DNA of 64,000 nt from an uncultured Rivularia sp. Lineage in GTDB: Bacteria > Cyanobacteriota > Cyanobacteriia > Cyanobacteriales > Nostocaceae. The stretch covers positions 8,544,001 through 8,608,000 of the forward strand of contig OY762007.1 in NCBI GenBank assembly GCA_963665115.1. Reading direction: 5' to 3'. The notes under the pieces are model-generated. The model saw nothing but the letters and a program-made list of their open reading frames with translations, was not told where the DNA came from and did not search any database. Below, in pieces: positions 18,058 through 29,918 of the stretch. Numbering within the stretch: position 1 is the first letter of the stretch; the number at the start of each line of letters is the position of its first letter. The position numbers were made by a program, and so were the translations under genes.

Positions 18058-20261
18058 ATGAGATCCGAATCTCGCACTCAAGCAAACTACAAAATCACGG
18101 AACGCGAACCAATTTCGGTCGATCCTCCTAGTCGTCTTCAAGAACTTTGGGCGGAAGATGTTTTTTGCCTCAAAAAAATGGAGAAATGTCTGCCCAAAGC
18201 TGTATTTAAGTCGCTGAAAAAAACCATTGAAGCAGGCGAAAGGCTTGATGTTTCTATTGCCGATACGGTGGCATCGGCAATGAAGAATTGGGCCATTTCT
18301 AAAGGTGCGTCCTATTATGCCCACGTTTTTTATCCTATGACTAACGCCACAGCGGAGAAACACGATGGGTTTATTGACACGAAAAGTGATGGTACGGCGA
18401 TCGCCGAATTTGCTGGCAAGCTTTTAGTTCAGGGAGAACCCGACGGTTCATCTTTTCCTAATGGCGGCATTCGCTCTACTTCTGGAGCAAGGGGCTATAC
18501 GGTTTGGGACGTGACTAGTCCCCTGCCTACCTGATGCAAACCGACAACGGGGTAACTCTTTGCATCCCCACCGTTTTTGTTTCTTGGACTGGTGAAGCCT
18601 TAGATAAAAAGACTCCTCTATTGCGCTCGATCGCGGCAATGAACCGATCGGCTACACGGGTATTAGAACTGTTGGGGAACAGCAATATTGCGACCGTCAA
18701 CTCTAGCTGTGGTGCGGAACAAGAATACTTTCTAATTGACGCGCATTTTGCTAATAGTCGTCCCGATTTATTATTAGCGGGGAGAACTTTGTTTGGCAAA
18801 CCTCCTGCTAAGGGTCAGGAATTTGACGACCACTACTTTGGGGCAATTCCCGAACGAGTTCAGGTATTTATGCAGGATGTGGAACACAAAATGTACCGTC
18901 TCGGTATTCCTGCCAAAACCAGACATAACGAAGTAGCCCCCGGTCAGTTTGAAATTGCGCCTATTTTTGAAGCGGCAAACGTAGCCTCCGACCACCAGCA
19001 GTTGACTATGACTTTGCTACGTCAGACTGCGAAAAAGCACGGCTTTGTCTGTTTGTTGCACGAAAAACCCTTTGCTGGCATCAACGGTTCTGGTAAGCAC
19101 GTTAACTGGTCTGTCGGTAATCCCACTCAGGGAAATCTACTCGATCCTAGTGACTCTCCCCACGAAAACCTTCAATTTTTGATTTTCTGTGCGGCGGTAA
19201 TTCGCGGCGTACATAAATATGGACCTTTGATGCGGGCGGTAATTGCCAATGCCGGTAACGACCATCGTTTGGGTGGCAACGAAGCGCCTCCCGCGATTAT
19301 GTCGGTTTATTTGGGTTCTCAGTTAGAGGAACTATTTAACAATATTGTTGCTCAGGGAACACTGAACGTTGAGTATAGTCACAGAGGCGAAATAAACCTT
19401 GGGGTAGATACTCTGCCACCGTTGGCAAAAGATGCAGGCGATCGCAACCGTACATCTCCCTTTGCTTTTACTGGCAACCGTTTCGAGTTTCGGGCAGTCG
19501 GTTCGAGTCAGTCGGTTTCGGGTCCCCTGATTGTGCTGAACACGATGCTAGCCGATTCTTTAACCGCAATCGGCGATTTGCTAGAAGCACAATTGAACAA
19601 TAGAGTAGAAATCGAAGATGCAGTAGTTGCCGTTATTCAAGAAATAATCGGCGAACACGGTGCGGTTATCTTTGGTGGCAATGGCTACTCGAAGGAATGG
19701 CACCAAATGGCTGTGGAAGAAAGAGGCTTGCGTAATTTACCCACCACAGCTGATGCTCTACCCGTACTGAAAGAGGAGTCTACCATAGAACTATTTGAGA
19801 GAACTAAAGTTCTTTCACGAACTGAATCAGAAAGTCGCTTTGAAGTCTATGCCGAGCAGTATATTCTTTCAATTGAGATGGAAGCTAAATTAGTCATCGA
19901 TATGGCTAAGACAATAGTGTATCCTGCGGCAATACACCACTTAGATAATATTGCGGCTACCGTCACAAACCTACAAGGAATGGGCATTAATCTCAATCGA
20001 GAGCATATTAACGGCGTTGCTTATTTGACTAACTCTCTCACCGAAAAGATAAATAACCTGCAATCGGCGTTAAGCAAAGCTCTACCGGAGGTAATCGCAA
20101 CGTCGGATTTTGGCACTACTGAAGAACATATGCAGTATTACGCTACTACTATATGTCCTTTGATGAATGATGTTCGGGATGACGTTGATGCTCTAGAAGC
20201 GGAAGTTGCAGACGATCTTTGGCCCCTAGCAACTTATCAAGAAATGCTGTTTATTAAGTAG
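18058..20261 (+). CDS. glnN: Glutamine synthetase type III, frameshifted at CCCC 18520-18523
   Basis: [72 protein letters not shown]. Confidence 0.9.
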
Positions 20262-20480
20262 TCTTATTTCGCAATATATGCTTGATTTTTTGCAATTTTA
20301 AATCTATTTTAAGGTCGCCACGCGACCTTTTTTTTGCATAAGCGATTTAGCGCACCACCCATCCCCAATCCCGCAACAGTTCTTATTAATACTCTTAATC
20401 TAAAGTTGTACCCTTGATAGATGTTTTCTGTTACACCAATAAGTGAAAATGAATTTTCGTCGTAATTGGGAATTAAAATC

Positions 20481-21425
20481 ATGCCAGCAATCAAGGAAAA
20501 AACAAAAGCTCTCAAGGGTACAACTGTTGATGCTACTGTAGTCCGAGTTGTAGATGGCGATACTATCCGCGTTGAAGTTCAAGCAGAGGAGGAAAGTCTA
20601 CGGATTTTAGCGCTGGATACTGAAGAATCTAATGCAGGTAGCCCAAAACCCGTTACACCTTGGGGAAAGGAAGCAAAGAAGGAAGCCGAAAAGTTATTCA
20701 AAGCTGGCGATAAAGTTAAGTTGCAATTCCCTGGTGATGAATCAGTAGAAGAATGCTTTAAAAAGTATCGGGGAAATTACGGTCGCTTATTGGTATTTGT
20801 TTATCTAAAGGATGGTACAGATTTTCAGGAACATATGATTAAAAAGGGTTTCAGTCCCTATTTTATGAAGTATGGTTATGCAGCACTTCCCGATAACCAC
20901 GAACGATATATGCAAGCGGAGAAGAAAGCACAAATCGATAATGTTGGAGTTTGGAATCAAATCGAAGTGAATGGCTCGGAAGTGCGGAATTACGCATCTT
21001 TAGGTGTTTGGTGGTATTTGAGGGCTGAAATAATTCAAAATTACCGTCGGTTTAAGCAAACGAATGCAGATACAACTGTATTTAATACCCGTCTCGATTA
21101 TGAGAAAGTGTTGGAATTAGCCAAAAAAGAAGAAGAAGCAACCATTTTTACCGAATTACGCAACCCCAAACGTATTGCCCGAAACAATATGTTTATCGGT
21201 ATTGGTTCTGTAGAAAAGCCATTTTCTTTGTTTATTCCCAAAGTTGATGAAGCTGCGGGGTTGAAAATTATGAGTTTAATTAAAAACCGTTATATATCTA
21301 CAGATGAAGAACATCCACGCAGAAGCTATGCATATGTAAAAGGGGAATTGAGTATTTATAGAGATAAGCCGCAGATTATTGTGACTAACGTTAAGCAGAT
21401 TATGGATTTACCGCAGCTAGATTAG
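20481..21425 (+). CDS. Thermonuclease (SNase) with C-terminal OB-fold-like domain
   Basis: VVDGDTI, LRILALDTEE, YGRLL; C-term VKGELSIYRDKPQI. Confidence 0.8.
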   Translation: MPAIKEKTKALKGTTVDATVVRVVDGDTIRVEVQAEEESLRILALDTEESNAGSPKPVTPWGKEAKKEAEKLFKAGDKVKLQFPGDESVEECFKKYRGNYGRLLVFVYLKDGTDFQEHMIKKGFSPYFMKYGYAALPDNHERYMQAEKKAQIDNVGVWNQIEVNGSEVRNYASLGVWWYLRAEIIQNYRRFKQTNADTTVFNTRLDYEKVLELAKKEEEATIFTELRNPKRIARNNMFIGIGSVEKPFSLFIPKVDEAAGLKIMSLIKNRYISTDEEHPRRSYAYVKGELSIYRDKPQIIVTNVKQIMDLPQLD

Positions 21426-21459
21426 AGGGGGGAGAGGGGGAAGAGGGGGTAGAAATTCT

Positions 21460-21535
21460 CAACTCCTAACTCCTAACTCCTAACTCTTAATTACCAATTA
21501 CCATGCCCAATCACCTATGCCCCATTCCCAATCCT
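21460..21535. repeat. STRR-type heptamer tandem repeats
   Basis: (AACTCCT)n, (CCAATTA)n; similar arrays at 10714, 16650, 27272, 42421, 53815, 54677, 55280, 56944, 57075. Confidence 0.8.
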
Positions 21536-23365
21536 CAAATCGAACGATCCAAATTACAAGCAGCGCTAATTAATGCTAAATGCGTAAAGGCTTGGGGAAA
21601 GTTTCCTAATGCTTCGCCACTGTTGCCTGTTTCTTCTGCATATAATCCTAAATGGTTGGCATAACTCAACATTTCTTCAAATATTAATCTTGCTTTATTT
21701 AACTTCTCGGAATCTCTACCTCTTCCGGCACGAGTTAAGGCTTCTACTAACCAAAACGTACACAAGTTAAAACTTCCTTCTTCTCCTTCTAAGCCGTCGC
21801 TGTAGTCTTGGGTGTTGTAACGATATACCAAACTATTAGATAACAGCCCTCCTTCTTGTGGCGATCGCATTATTGCATTGAGTGTTTTCAGCATTCTGGG
21901 GTCGTTGGGTGATGTAAAAAATACCAGGGGCATGATGAGATTACTGGCATCTAAGGTGGTGCTGCCGTAATACTGGATGAAGGATTGCTTGTCTTCGCTC
22001 CATCCGTTTTCCATGATATCGAGGTATATTTCATCGCGAACTTTGAGCCATTTTTCACGATTTGCGGGGAAGGAACGTTTTTCTGCTAAACGTAAACCTC
22101 TATCAATCGCTACCCAACACATTAACTTTGAGTAAACAAAGTCTTGTTTTCCATCTCTGGTTTCCCAAATACCGCTGTCTTTTATATGCCAGTTTTCGCA
22201 AACCCATTCAACATATTTACTCAAATTGACCCAAGTATCGTAAGATATCGGCGTTCCATACTTATTAAAAAGATACACCGCATCCATCAACTCGCCATAA
22301 ATATCAAGTTGGATTTGATCGTAAGCACCGTTACCAATACGAACCGGAGTTGAACCCTTGTATCCTTCTAAATGGTCTAAAACTTCTTCTTTAAGATTTT
22401 TTCTGCCATCAATACCGTACACTATCTGCAATTGCGAATCATTTTCCAAATGCGACGGACAAAGGGATATAATCCAATCGATAAAATTACCCGCTTCCTC
22501 CGTAAATCCAATTCGCATCAAACCATAAAGGGTAAAAGCAGAATCGCGAATCCAGCTATAGCGATAATCCCAGTTACGCTCGCCACCGATACCTTCAGGT
22601 AAACCGCAAGTTGGCGCTGCTATAATTGCTCCGGTAGGCTCGTAGGTAAGCAACTTCAGCATTAGCGCCGAACGTTCTACCATTTCTCGCCATCTACCTT
22701 TATAGGTACATTTAGAAATCCAGCGTCGCCAATAATCTATAGTATGTTCAAATATCTGCGTAGTTTCTTCTGGGTTCAAGGGTAAACCGCAACCTTGTTC
22801 GCATTCAACTTCTCGCAATATAAATACCGCAGATTCTCCCTCTTTCAAACTGAATTCAGCAAAAACCCCGTTATCATCCTGCTTGAGGGGGATATCAGTT
22901 ACCAATCCGAGATTGAAGTCGGTAGATTTGAAAATAACCCCACCTTCAGTCATCTGTGTTTCATGCTTATCGCGAGCATAATTAAAAGCAGGCTGACACT
23001 CCACGCGAAACTTCATACTATTCCGCACGCAATTTACCTTCCTTACCAACCAGTGATAACCTTGTTCGTTAGGAGATAAACCTACAGGCATAAAATCAAC
23101 AACTTCCCCAACACCGCAATCTGCTAGAAAGCGAGTTACCAAAACATTAGTTTCTGGCCAGTAAAATTGTTTATGATTATCCTTACAAAGCGTAGGTGAA
23201 ATGCTGAAATGTCCGCCCTTCTTTTCGTCGAGAATGCCACAGAAAACGCTAGGTGAATCATGGCTGGGATAGCAGAAACCAATCGATTGAGCCATTCTTC
23301 CCCACCAAAGCAGTGGTATGCATATTGCCGATAATGCCGTAGTCTTCGATTGGTTGATAACCCAT
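21535..23365 (-). CDS. Glycoside hydrolase family 15 (glucoamylase/trehalase-like), frameshifted near 23277
   Basis: True start [29 protein letters not shown] at 23365; [29 protein letters not shown]. Confidence 0.9.
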
Positions 23366-23628
23366 AAGAATAATTCGTAGTTCGTAATTCGTAATTGCTA
23401 GTTAATTATCTATTATTTTGCCACTGATTTAATTACCAATTAAAAAATGTATTTTTATCTCTTTATCTTCCAAGGTTGATTTTAATTAGTTCGCGATCAA
23501 AACACTTCCTCCCATCGATTTTGTTTAAGTTGACCAAAGATAGATGTGATATTATGCTCACTTAAGTACTTCTAATATTTTTGAGGGGTAGGTATATGTA
23601 ACACTCTTAACTCTTCACTCCTAAAACC

Positions 23629-23733
23629 CTACTCTTCACGCAAAACATAACCTACACCGCGAACAGTATGAATTAATCGTTTTTCATTATTTTCTTCAAG
23701 TTTAATGCGTACATAACGTATATAAACTTCAAT
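23629..23733 (-). pseudogene. C-terminal remnant of OmpR-family response regulator
   Basis: [34 protein letters not shown]. Confidence 0.75.
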
Positions 23734-23767
23734 GCATAAATACACCTTTTTAATTTTGGATTTTCAC

Positions 23768-23867
23768 TAGTTCCCAGTCACTAATTCCCAGTCTCTAGGA
23801 ACTCCTAGTAAGAGGCTCTGCCGGCAGAGCCTCCCCAAATGCATTACAAGGCAGAGCCTTGTAACGA
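23768..23867. repeat. Palindromic repeat (GGCTCTGCC/GGCAGAGCC family)
   Basis: GAGGCTCTGCCGGCAGAGCCTC; TTACAAGGCAGAGCCTTGTAA. Confidence 0.6.
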
Positions 23868-23878
23868 GTTATCACTGC

Positions 23879-24403
23879 TCACTGAGTAACTTTCTGAGCC
23901 AGCATTTTCAAAGCATTATCAATTCTTTCTAATGGCTCGTCAGCACAACCTGTTAATTTATGACGACGAGATAGATATTGAGGGCTGTTGTAACCTAGCC
24001 AAACTTGTCCGTTTTCATCTTGCCAAACCAGTGCTTTTTGAGGTAAATCGATTCCCGCAGTTTGATTGCACTGCATTAATGGAGTTCCAGCAGCAGGATT
24101 TCCGAATATAATTACTTGCGTGGGACGTAATTCTTGATTAACAGATGCCGCTCCTGCTTGGTGATTAACCGTACCAAAAATATTTAAACCTTGCTCTTTG
24201 GCAATAGATTCAAAGCGTTGAACTGTTTCTTCTACGCTGTAATTACTTTTAACTCTAACAATGCCATCTTTTGAAGCTCTAACGATACCATTTTTTCTAC
24301 CTCTAGCTATTTCATTTTTAGAATTTTATCTAATTCCTTGAGTTGCATAAGCGGGAAGGACAAATAATCCTAATGCAGCAATAGTCAATAATACTTTCTT
24401 CAT
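23879..24403 (-). pseudogene. DUF302 family exported protein with in-frame TAA at codon 26
   Basis: MKKVLLTIAALGLFVLPAYATQGIR*...ELRPTQVIIFGNPAAGTPLMQCNQTAGIDLPQKALVW; stop at 24326-24328. Confidence 0.75.
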
Positions 24404-24466
24404 TACTAATCTCCAATCATTTAAAAGTTAAAATTAAAAACTTAATTACCAATAACCAATTACCAA

Positions 24467-25501
24467 CTAATAAAAAGCCTTGATAAGACTCAAACTGAGA
24501 ACGGAAATAAATATCCATGAAGCAGCACCTAAATAGAGAGGTTTGATTCCACTTTGTTGAATTTCACGAATGCTAGTTTTTAAACCCATACCTGCCATTG
24601 AAATGGTTAGTAAGAAATGGTTTATTTCGGTTATTGATTTTTTAAATACTTCAGGAAAAACATTAGCACTATTCAATAACATTAGAGCAATAAATCCAAA
24701 AACAAACCAAGGGATAGGTAACTTTTTAGATTTAGTTTCTTGAGATGAATTGCTAGAAATAGGTGATATAAATCCCAAAGTTAAAACAACTGGAGCCAAA
24801 AAGATAACTCTTGATAGTTTGGCAATCGTACCGAATTCACCACTAACTTCTCCACCTTGAAATGCTGCTGCAATTACCTGGGCTGTTTCATGAATGGAAA
24901 CACCGCACCAAATACCAAATTCTTGTGAATTTACCTGTAAAAAAGTAGATAGGAAAGGATAAAGCAACATGGAGAGAGTTCCAAAAATGGTAACTATTGC
25001 CACAGCATAAGCCACATCTTCGTCTTTACTTTCGACAACACCATTAGTAGCAACGATAGCAGAAGCCCCACAAATAGAAGTACCGGCAGCAATTAATTTT
25101 GTCAATTTTTGATTGACTCCAATTTTGTTGCCAAACCAACAAGTGAATGTAAATGTACTGACTAAAGTTACAAGGACAATTGCTAATCCAGCGGGACCAA
25201 CTGCTAGTATTTGAGGTAAACTTAATCGCAATCCTAATAGAATAATAGATAATCGGAGAATACGTTTTAAAGAAAAGGTAATTCCCGGTTTAAAAATTTG
25301 AGAAACTCCAACTGTATTTTTAAGTATTATTCCTAAAATTATCGCGATGATTAACGAACTAAAAAGTGAAAGAGAGGGGATTTGTTTGAGATATTCTGCT
25401 AGAATCGCAAGTCCCGCAGTTAATAATAAACCTGGTACTATGGCATGAAATGGAAGACATTTTAATATTTCTGCCTTGACATTTTGGGGTGGGCTTTCCA
25501 T
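24467..25501 (-). CDS. YeiH/UPF0324 putative sulfate exporter family membrane protein
   Basis: LLGLRL, IAAGTSICGASAI, GVSIHETAQVIAA, KLSRV, PWFVFGF. Confidence 0.85.
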   Translation of the reverse strand: MESPPQNVKAEILKCLPFHAIVPGLLLTAGLAILAEYLKQIPSLSLFSSLIIAIILGIILKNTVGVSQIFKPGITFSLKRILRLSIILLGLRLSLPQILAVGPAGLAIVLVTLVSTFTFTCWFGNKIGVNQKLTKLIAAGTSICGASAIVATNGVVESKDEDVAYAVAIVTIFGTLSMLLYPFLSTFLQVNSQEFGIWCGVSIHETAQVIAAAFQGGEVSGEFGTIAKLSRVIFLAPVVLTLGFISPISSNSSQETKSKKLPIPWFVFGFIALMLLNSANVFPEVFKKSITEINHFLLTISMAGMGLKTSIREIQQSGIKPLYLGAASWIFISVLSLSLIKAFY

Positions 25502-25550
25502 TTTTACAATTCCAATTAATGAACATTAACAATTTTGATAAAGTGAAAAT

Positions 25551-25575
25551 GTAGAGACGTTATATATAACGTCTC
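25551..25575. repeat. GTAG REP-like hairpin
   Basis: GTAGAGACGTTATATATAACGTCTC; relatives at 25953-25975 and 63532-63557. Confidence 0.7.
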
Positions 25576-25582
25576 CATTGAA

Positions 25583-25918
25583 TTAGATGTAATCTAACTC
25601 GGGATTTTGAGCCATCATTTCCGAAATTTCGTCTTCTTCGGAAACTACAACATTAAAAACGTCCTTCATAAAGCGATAATAAGCGGTATAAACTTTTGTT
25701 TTACCTTCATCTTCAACAATAAAAAAAGGTGCAGATGATACATTATGTTTTCTAGCTAAATCAAACCCTTCGCTAGTAGATTGCTGACGTTCATCTGCTG
25801 CAATAATTTCGTCTATTTTATCTAGCAAGTTTAATTCTTTGAGTTCATTTAAAACTCTTGCGGATTTGCGGCAAGAATTACCATCTACTTTGATTTTTTG
25901 AATTAATTTGATATTCAT
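25583..25918 (-). CDS. Hypothetical thioredoxin-like protein
   Basis: DGNSCRKS, VSSAPFFIV. Confidence 0.65.
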   Translation of the reverse strand: MNIKLIQKIKVDGNSCRKSARVLNELKELNLLDKIDEIIAADERQQSTSEGFDLARKHNVSSAPFFIVEDEGKTKVYTAYYRFMKDVFNVVVSEEDEISEMMAQNPELDYI

Positions 25919-25975
25919 GATTTTGAAATATTGGTAAAGAACAGGGAATAGGAGAGACGTAATATATTACGTCTC

Positions 25976-26255
25976 AAAACTCTGGTGGTGGAGTTTGACC
26001 GTTTCTCAACATTGTCCGTACTTTTGTATCTGATAGGTGTATTCTTTTTTACTTTGTATTGGAACTGGTTTTACCTGTTGCTATCGATTGGCTGCGAGTA
26101 CAATAGAATGCGTGTTCAAATTTTAAGGGAGTAATTTGTAACTCGCCCTCTGTAAATTCATCAAAGATATATTGAGCGTCGTAGGTGCCGTAATAATCGC
26201 CGACTGCATGGTCGCGTCCGACTATAAAGTGCGTGCAACCGTAATTCTGGCGTGC
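25976..26255 (-). pseudogene. sat: Remnant of sulfate adenylyltransferase (ATP sulfurylase), C-terminal part
   Basis: [34 protein letters not shown]...FEHAFYC...*KRIHLSDTKVRTMLRNGQTPPPEF; absent from ORF track. Confidence 0.85.
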
Positions 26256-26894
26256 GCTGCAACTACCACAACTCCCAAACCAATTCCGATCGCAATGGAA
26301 GCCTTGTCACGTCGGAGTGTTTCTAAATCTCGTTGTGTTAGTACCAGAAAGTCTCGATTGATTTGCAAACCTACAAGACTTTGTTTAGGTGCTTGCACTA
26401 AGAGAACATCACCAAATTTTAAACGCATTTCACTCAGGCGCTCTCGTTTAATTTCTTATCCGCGATGAACTGCTAAAACCGTGACATTATAGCGTTGACG
26501 AAAGCGTATTTCTTTAAGAGTTGAACTGATAAGGTTGGAGCTAGAAGGAATGAGAACCTCTGCAATACCTTCATCTTCCGCGCTCAGTTGGGCTTGTAAA
26601 GACTTTTTGTTAATGAATTCCGATAAAATTTCAATACCTTCTTCATCTTTAATTTTAATTAAGTCCTCTCGGCTGCTCCTAACTAAAAGCACCGAGCAAG
26701 CTTGTAGTTTTTGATCTTCTAGAGGTTGATGAGAATACTTCTCGTTAGCAATAATTTCTAATACATTTACATCAAATTTATGTTGTAAACCAGTAGAATC
26801 TAATGTTTTTCCGACTAAATTAGAACCAGGTGGAATCTGTAACAAATAAAATCAATGCCAAGACAACAATGGCAAGCGTAAGAAAAATTGTCAT
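26256..26894 (-). pseudogene. SLC13/TrkA-C anion (sulfate) permease remnant with deletions and frameshift
   Basis: MTIFLTLAIVVLALILFV joined to two TrkA-C domains (IPPGSNLVGKTL; IPSSSNLISSTLKEIRFRQRY; LKFGDVLL) and [11 protein letters not shown]. Confidence 0.75.
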
Positions 26895-27301
26895 GTCATG
26901 GCTGGCTTATAGTGCTTTTATTGGGTATCATCTGGCTGAAAATTTAATGAATTAAAACTGTGAAAATATCTTTCTATTTGAATACAAAGCAACATCAGGC
27001 ACCCCTTTTAAATCAAATAATCTTTGTCAGAAATTGAATTGTTTTTAATTTGCCCTATTTATCTGAGAAACTATTGATAAGTAAATGAGATTTACCTGAG
27101 AAGTTAATTAATAAAATCACATTTTTGGATAAAAATGGTTGAATTGCTTGTTATGTAATGGAAGGGGGGGAGATAGGGAAGAGCGGGAAGAGCGGGGAGA
27201 TGGGGAGAGTGGGTAGAAAAAATTAGTTAATACCAATAGGGAGCAAGATGCTCCCACTACAGGAATTTCACTGGTAACTGGTAACTGGTAACTGGTAACT
27301 G

Positions 27302-28681
27302 TTAAATTTTCATCGCTTCATCAAGTGTTGCTTCGGAATTTTCTTGTTTAGCACGCTTGATATAATTGAGTTTTAATTCTTCTAATAAATCAGAAATCAA
27401 CGGTTGTAATTCTTGTTGAAGTTGCTTATCTTGAAGTTGTTTGCGTAAAGCGACTCGAAAATTATCGGTTAAATTCTCGAATAGTAAACGCCCTTGAGTA
27501 TCGGCATAGGAAGAAGCTAAAATTTCATAAGCAGTTTCAGCAATATAATCGGCTAACTGTTCGCTTAATTCTGCGGGAATCATATTCATCCCCGGTATAT
27601 TTTTCAATACTTGATAAAAATCAGATTCCTTTAAAGAATTCTTAAGACTGTGTTGTAAAAACACTTCTACATCTGGCTGAACTTCCGGTAAAACTCTATA
27701 GATAACTAATTTTAATACGCGGTCGGTAATCGCATCAAAATTATCAACTTCACCAACTTTTACGTAGTCTTTTGGTTGGAGTAAAGAACTTACTGCATCT
27801 CCAGTTTCGATTGCTTCTTGGGTTTGATTAATTAACCGTACCATTAAGAACATTGATACACGATTAGCTAAATAAACAACGGGTTCGTAGGTAACTTGTT
27901 CTAAAATCCGTTCGGTATTCATATAGCTCGATCTATGCAGTTTTACCGCAACAGGAATTACTCGTAACCACTGCCATATAGGCAATAAATATAATCCGTC
28001 GTACCAGTTTCTTAGAATTGCATCCCACCAGCTTATATTATCCTGCTGTCGAGATACCCAAAAAGTTCTAGCTAAAAGCTCAAGAATAAAAAAGATTACA
28101 AATCCAAGATCGATAAACCAAAATCGATCGATAAATTGACCGTTTTCATCTATAACGCGGTAATAATTAACTTCTAATAGCGGTCGAATTTTACTATCAA
28201 AAAAAGATAAAGCTTCCTCAGAACCAACTTGATTAAAATAATCTTGAGTCCAAAACTCAGTAAAAGATTTTCTCGCTGATAAAGTATCCATTTGATACTC
28301 CATTCGTCGATTTAATGTGGCAAATGTACTAAATTTATTCGCCGATGAAAAAGGATTTTCTGTAAGTATATCTATACTTTGTTGTCGTAAGCTGGCAAAT
28401 ATCGAAGCTGTTGAATTAGCTTGTAACCTACTTTTTTGCAGATGGGTTTCTAAAATATCAACTGTATTTAGATAACGTTGAGTAACCGGGTGGGGTTCGA
28501 TACTTTTAACCGAATCATAAGCGGTAACAGCAGGAATATGCTTTAAATAAACATCCCTTAAAGGAATATAGCTCAAGTCAAACAGTACTAATACAAGGTT
28601 AATAACTGCAACTACAGCAATAAAGTTTTTCCACCAATTACCTTTTGAACGTTGGGGTTGCTCGAAAGTCATTTGCGCCAT
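27302..28681 (-). CDS. Conserved cyanobacterial hypothetical membrane protein
   Basis: LVLFDLSYIPLRD, YDSVKSIEPHP, WQWLRVIPV. Confidence 0.75.
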   Translation of the reverse strand: MAQMTFEQPQRSKGNWWKNFIAVVAVINLVLVLFDLSYIPLRDVYLKHIPAVTAYDSVKSIEPHPVTQRYLNTVDILETHLQKSRLQANSTASIFASLRQQSIDILTENPFSSANKFSTFATLNRRMEYQMDTLSARKSFTEFWTQDYFNQVGSEEALSFFDSKIRPLLEVNYYRVIDENGQFIDRFWFIDLGFVIFFILELLARTFWVSRQQDNISWWDAILRNWYDGLYLLPIWQWLRVIPVAVKLHRSSYMNTERILEQVTYEPVVYLANRVSMFLMVRLINQTQEAIETGDAVSSLLQPKDYVKVGEVDNFDAITDRVLKLVIYRVLPEVQPDVEVFLQHSLKNSLKESDFYQVLKNIPGMNMIPAELSEQLADYIAETAYEILASSYADTQGRLLFENLTDNFRVALRKQLQDKQLQQELQPLISDLLEELKLNYIKRAKQENSEATLDEAMKI

Positions 28682-28809
28682 TTTTGAACATTTTTGACAA
28701 CTTCCTGAGTTTAGCAAAAAGTATTTATCTTACAGCGATTGTTTTTCTGAATTAATTACCAAGTATATTAGAATTTCTATTGCATCAAGGAGGTAAGCAG
28801 TGCTGAGTA

Positions 28810-29199
28810 TCAAGACATTGCATCCCAGATTGTTTTGGTATCTGCGAACATACGAAAGCGACATACTTTTCCATCACGCAAGTCGTAAATATGTGCAGCA
28901 GCAGCATTCATGGGCTTTTCAGAAATGCGGTTGTATCCTGTATATCTCCCAATAACAATTACAGAGTTTCCTGCATCGAGTAATTCTTCAATATTAAAAG
29001 CAAAGTTTTCCCAGTTATTGTCGTTGGCTTGGAAAACTCCCTTAATAACTTCAGATGCACCTTTGCGTGTAGCACCACCTGGGAATCCCTCATTTTGAAT
29101 CCATTCGAGGTCTTCTGTTGTAATGCTACGGAATGCATCATAGTCCCCCTGTTCGCGAAATGCTCGATACAGTTCTTGAATTACTTCAAGATTGCTCAT
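28810..29199 (-). CDS. SnoaL/NTF2-like protein
   Basis: VIQELYRAF, GFPGG, HIYDLRDGKVCRF. Confidence 0.85.
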   Translation of the reverse strand: MSNLEVIQELYRAFREQGDYDAFRSITTEDLEWIQNEGFPGGATRKGASEVIKGVFQANDNNWENFAFNIEELLDAGNSVIVIGRYTGYNRISEKPMNAAAAHIYDLRDGKVCRFRMFADTKTIWDAMS

Positions 29200-29204
29200 T
29201 TTAA

Positions 29205-29825
29205 TTACCAGTTAACAACCAAATCCTGAATTTCCATTCTTGCTTCATTGAGTCCTCGCTGACGTGCTTCATCTCCTAAATCCAAACTATTCGCATGAAT
29301 AAACTGAATATCTGTTACACCAATAAATTGAAAGGCAAAACGTAGAGCAGGTTCTTGAGCATCCCAACCTTCAAAAGGCGAACCAGCACCATACTCACCA
29401 CCCCGTGCTGTAATGAACAAAATCTTTTTTCCTTCAACCAATCCTTTGAATTCTCCATCCATAACAGCAAAAGTACGACCAACCCGAACAATGTAATCAA
29501 TGTAAGCTTTAAAACTAGAAGGAATGCTGAAGTTGTACATAGGAACACTGAAAACACAACGCTCGACTGCTAAAAATTCATCCACTAGCTCATCAGAAAA
29601 TCGAAGAGCATCAATCATTTCCGGAGTTCGTGTTTTTAATGGACTATAATCAGCCGCAATCCATTCTTCTGTAACGTGAGGAATTGGTGATTCTCTAAGG
29701 TCGCGGTAAATAATAGTATCTTCAGAATGCAGGGATTTCCACTTTGTGATGAATTCTCTTGCTAGTTGTCGAGACTTAGAACGTTCCCCACGAGGACTTG
29801 AATCTAGATGTAAAATATTTGCCAT
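29205..29825 (-). CDS. azoR: FMN-dependent NADH-azoreductase
   Basis: DSSPRGERSKS, PMYNFSIPSSFKAYID, TARGGEY. Confidence 0.85.
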   Translation of the reverse strand: MANILHLDSSPRGERSKSRQLAREFITKWKSLHSEDTIIYRDLRESPIPHVTEEWIAADYSPLKTRTPEMIDALRFSDELVDEFLAVERCVFSVPMYNFSIPSSFKAYIDYIVRVGRTFAVMDGEFKGLVEGKKILFITARGGEYGAGSPFEGWDAQEPALRFAFQFIGVTDIQFIHANSLDLGDEARQRGLNEARMEIQDLVVNW

Positions 29826-29874
29826 TTTGTTAAATACTTCAAAACTTTACTTATTAATCTAGACAGTAAAACTA

Positions 29875-29890
29875 TTACTTACTAAAGTAA
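29875..29890. promoter_or_regulatory. Palindrome, probable HxlR-type operator
   Basis: TTACTT-ACTA-AAGTAA in divergent azoR/regulator spacer. Confidence 0.45.
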
Positions 29891-29918
29891 AGTAGCTACT
29901 AAATAGTAACTAAGTATC

